Positions 62,028-64,000 of a stretch of 64,000 bases of DNA are shown piece by piece. This DNA comes from Clytia hemisphaerica. Lineage: Eukaryota. The notes under the pieces are model-generated. The model was not told the DNA's origin and made no database searches. It saw nothing but the letters and a program-made list of their open reading frames with translations. The position numbers and the translations under genes were made by a program. Each line of letters begins with the position of its first letter. The stretch's first letter is position 1. The DNA lies in contig NW_027104472.1 in the NCBI RefSeq assembly GCF_902728285.1, positions 999,681 to 1,063,680 on the forward strand. The letters are read 5' to 3'.

Positions 62028-63302
62028 TTAATTACTGCATAATACCGAGTTAATTTGTTTAACTAACGTTCTTATAAAAACAGGACAGCACAGGTCTTCA
62101 CTCCAAACCATAACATTCGTTTGATCGTTCAAAACAGGCGATTTTTCAATCGTATCATCAATATGTATAGAGATTTCTCGCAAATATCTTTTCCGACTAT
62201 TCTTTCTGTAGATTAATAAGAAATGATGAGATGTCTTTTCAGGAGGGGGTTCTTTTTCAAAGGGAACGTCGAGGCCAGGTATTATATTGTAAGGACCAAA
62301 ACCAGGGTTGTTGGATGAACTTTGGCCTGGCATTATTGGACCAGGGTTGCCTGGCATTGTTGGACCAGACGAACTTTGCGGACGTAAACTCAGATCAACC
62401 ATAATTTTAGTTTCGAGATAATTATTAGTTTGTTTTGATGTAGCTCCAATCATCCATACGAAAAACCGCTCGAATGAATATACTTGGGACCTTGTTATAT
62501 TTCTGAGATGAATTTCTACCATATTGTTATTTCCAAAACATTGGTGGAGGTTCAAAACCGAGTCTTGATATGTGTTTACGTTTTTATTCCTCACTATATC
62601 AACCATAATTTTAAACATATGTCTGTTACTCTCTGTTAGATCGAATCTTAAGAAGTTTAGTATGGGTACCCAACTTTGTAAAAGTTGACAAAAATCATCT
62701 TCATCTTGGAACTGTGGGGGACAATGAACTACAATGTTATAATGTTTAACGTTTTGCAATTTTTTCAGTGCATCTGACTTCTTTTTTTTCATAAGAAAAA
62801 TCTGTCGCTTCCATTTTTCATCATTGTGCCATGGAGTAGAATACACTTTCCAAGATCTTGAGAAAAAGTATAGGATGCTTTGCTCTGCCTTTTCACTACC
62901 TGTTGGTAAAGTCGATACTAATTCCATCAATTCGTTTGTTTCGATGTCATCAACACGAGCAATTTCTCTCGCCAGATTATTGATAAAATCTTTTTCTTGA
63001 AGTCGAATCAATTTTCTATTGTGCATTGAATAAATCCACACTCCAGTACAAGAATCCCTCAAAAAAGATGACACTAGCGGAACCAAGAAGGTTGGATCAA
63101 AACTTTCATACTCATCTATGACATCCAATAAGATTGTGACATTTTTAGCTTTCAAACAAACTCTGTTATGCTTTGAGTTATTATCTCGGCCAGAAGAGAC
63201 TTCAAAACATGACAGTAAAAATGCTATCATCAAAAATTTCCAATACATCTTCCTCCTCTTCCGATTCTCCGAAGTTAGAATTTTAAAAGGAAGGAAAATC
63301 AT
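62028..63302 (-). CDS. Single-exon ORF: putative secreted protein of unknown function (424 aa)
   Basis: ATG at 63302 (a second in-frame ATG at 63248 begins MYWKFLMIAFLLSCFEVSSG). Hydrophobic signal-peptide-like N-terminus. Internal G/P-rich stretch PQSSSGPTMPGNPGPIMPGQSSSNNPGFGPY. I recognise no domain. Confidence 0.5.
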   Translation of the reverse strand: MIFLPFKILTSENRKRRKMYWKFLMIAFLLSCFEVSSGRDNNSKHNRVCLKAKNVTILLDVIDEYESFDPTFLVPLVSSFLRDSCTGVWIYSMHNRKLIRLQEKDFINNLAREIARVDDIETNELMELVSTLPTGSEKAEQSILYFFSRSWKVYSTPWHNDEKWKRQIFLMKKKKSDALKKLQNVKHYNIVVHCPPQFQDEDDFCQLLQSWVPILNFLRFDLTESNRHMFKIMVDIVRNKNVNTYQDSVLNLHQCFGNNNMVEIHLRNITRSQVYSFERFFVWMIGATSKQTNNYLETKIMVDLSLRPQSSSGPTMPGNPGPIMPGQSSSNNPGFGPYNIIPGLDVPFEKEPPPEKTSHHFLLIYRKNSRKRYLREISIHIDDTIEKSPVLNDQTNVMVWSEDLCCPVFIRTLVKQINSVLCSN

Positions 63303-63304
63303 TT

Positions 63305-63600
63305 AATATCTTGTAAAAGGGATTGGGTACCATATTTTTCTTTAATAAATAAATAACATAAAATTACATAGAACCAAAGCAACAAGAATAAATAAATGAG
63401 GAGATCTAGCGATAAATAATACGTCATTCTCTGCAGATTTTGTAAAAGGGATTGGGTACCATATTTTTCTTTAATAAATAAATAACATATAATTACATAG
63501 AACCAAAGCAACAAGAATAAATAAATGAGGAGATCTAGTGATAAATAATACGTCATTCTCTACAGATTTTGTAAAAGGGATTGGGTACCATATTTTTCTT
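63305..63600. repeat. About 122 bp tandem duplication x2.5
   Basis: tcttgtaaaagggattgggtaccatatttttctttaataaataaataacata.aattacatagaaccaaagcaacaagaataaataaatgaggagatctag.gataaataatacgtcattctc repeated. Immediately upstream of the 62028-63302 ORF start. Confidence 0.8.
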
Positions 63601-64000
63601 TCATCGACCGCCGGAGGCGGTTTCTTTCATAGTGGTACGCTAATCTCGTTTTGCCTTGACTCATTACTTTGTCTGCCATTTACTTTCGGCTTTTTTAACT
63701 AGATTACCCAGGTGTTTCTCTTTTTTTTCGCTGAATGTCTTTTATTCGGAATTGAATAATCGAGACATGAAAAATGACTATATTGTAATCTGTTTTCAAT
63801 GAATAATCTAAAATGTACTGGAGATGACATTTAGGCGTGCCATTTTGCATGCTCGTTTTCAACACCTTTCAAGCCTTACTGGGCATCGGAAGACGTTTTC
63901 AAGGAAAATGACGGATTTGGGTCATTTTTTACCATTTTAAGGGGTCTAATTGACGAAATTTGAAAATGGCCCAATTGTGTTATCTACTTTTCATGACCTT

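Overview
This window reads as eukaryotic (metazoan) nuclear DNA, not prokaryotic. It is very AT-rich and packed with microsatellites, satellite arrays, MITE/foldback elements and tRNA-derived SINEs. The protein-coding signal is split into short exons with GT..AG introns and polypyrimidine tracts. An intronless Shaker-type Kv channel suggests a cnidarian such as Hydra, but that is inference only. The ORF track was built with prokaryotic-style rules: it accepts GTG/TTG as Met, so most listed ORFs are exon fragments or translated repeats. I reconstructed five genes by hand. (1) An intronless Kv1/Shaker-like channel on the minus strand (3956-5278) with a non-canonical pore, VLGYGD instead of TVGYGD. 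(2) A partial HDDC2-like HD-domain phosphohydrolase gene (minus, 5 exons, 12284-14599). (3) A large plus-strand TEP1-like gene (N-terminal low-complexity region, TROVE, vWA-like, DUF4062, NACHT P-loop), 24 exons from 31724 to 60681, running out of the window. All exon phases join, giving 3921 nt or 1307 codons. (4) A complete six-exon mitochondrial-clan cytochrome P450 (1560 nt, 519 aa) on the minus strand, nested inside the 7 kb intron 17 of the TEP1-like gene. (5) A single-exon minus-strand ORF (62028-63302) encoding a putative secreted protein of unknown function. Intron 20 of the TEP1-like gene carries two satellite arrays (about 490 bp x5 and about 100 bp x34). There are at least a dozen TIR/foldback non-autonomous elements, several with clean 8-9 bp target-site duplications, and a SINE family with tRNA-like heads. 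I see no sign of a novel multi-gene system in the prokaryotic sense. The points most worth following up are the nested-gene arrangement, the degenerate Kv selectivity filter, pseudo-exon duplications inside TEP1 introns, and the dense fresh-looking MITE insertions.
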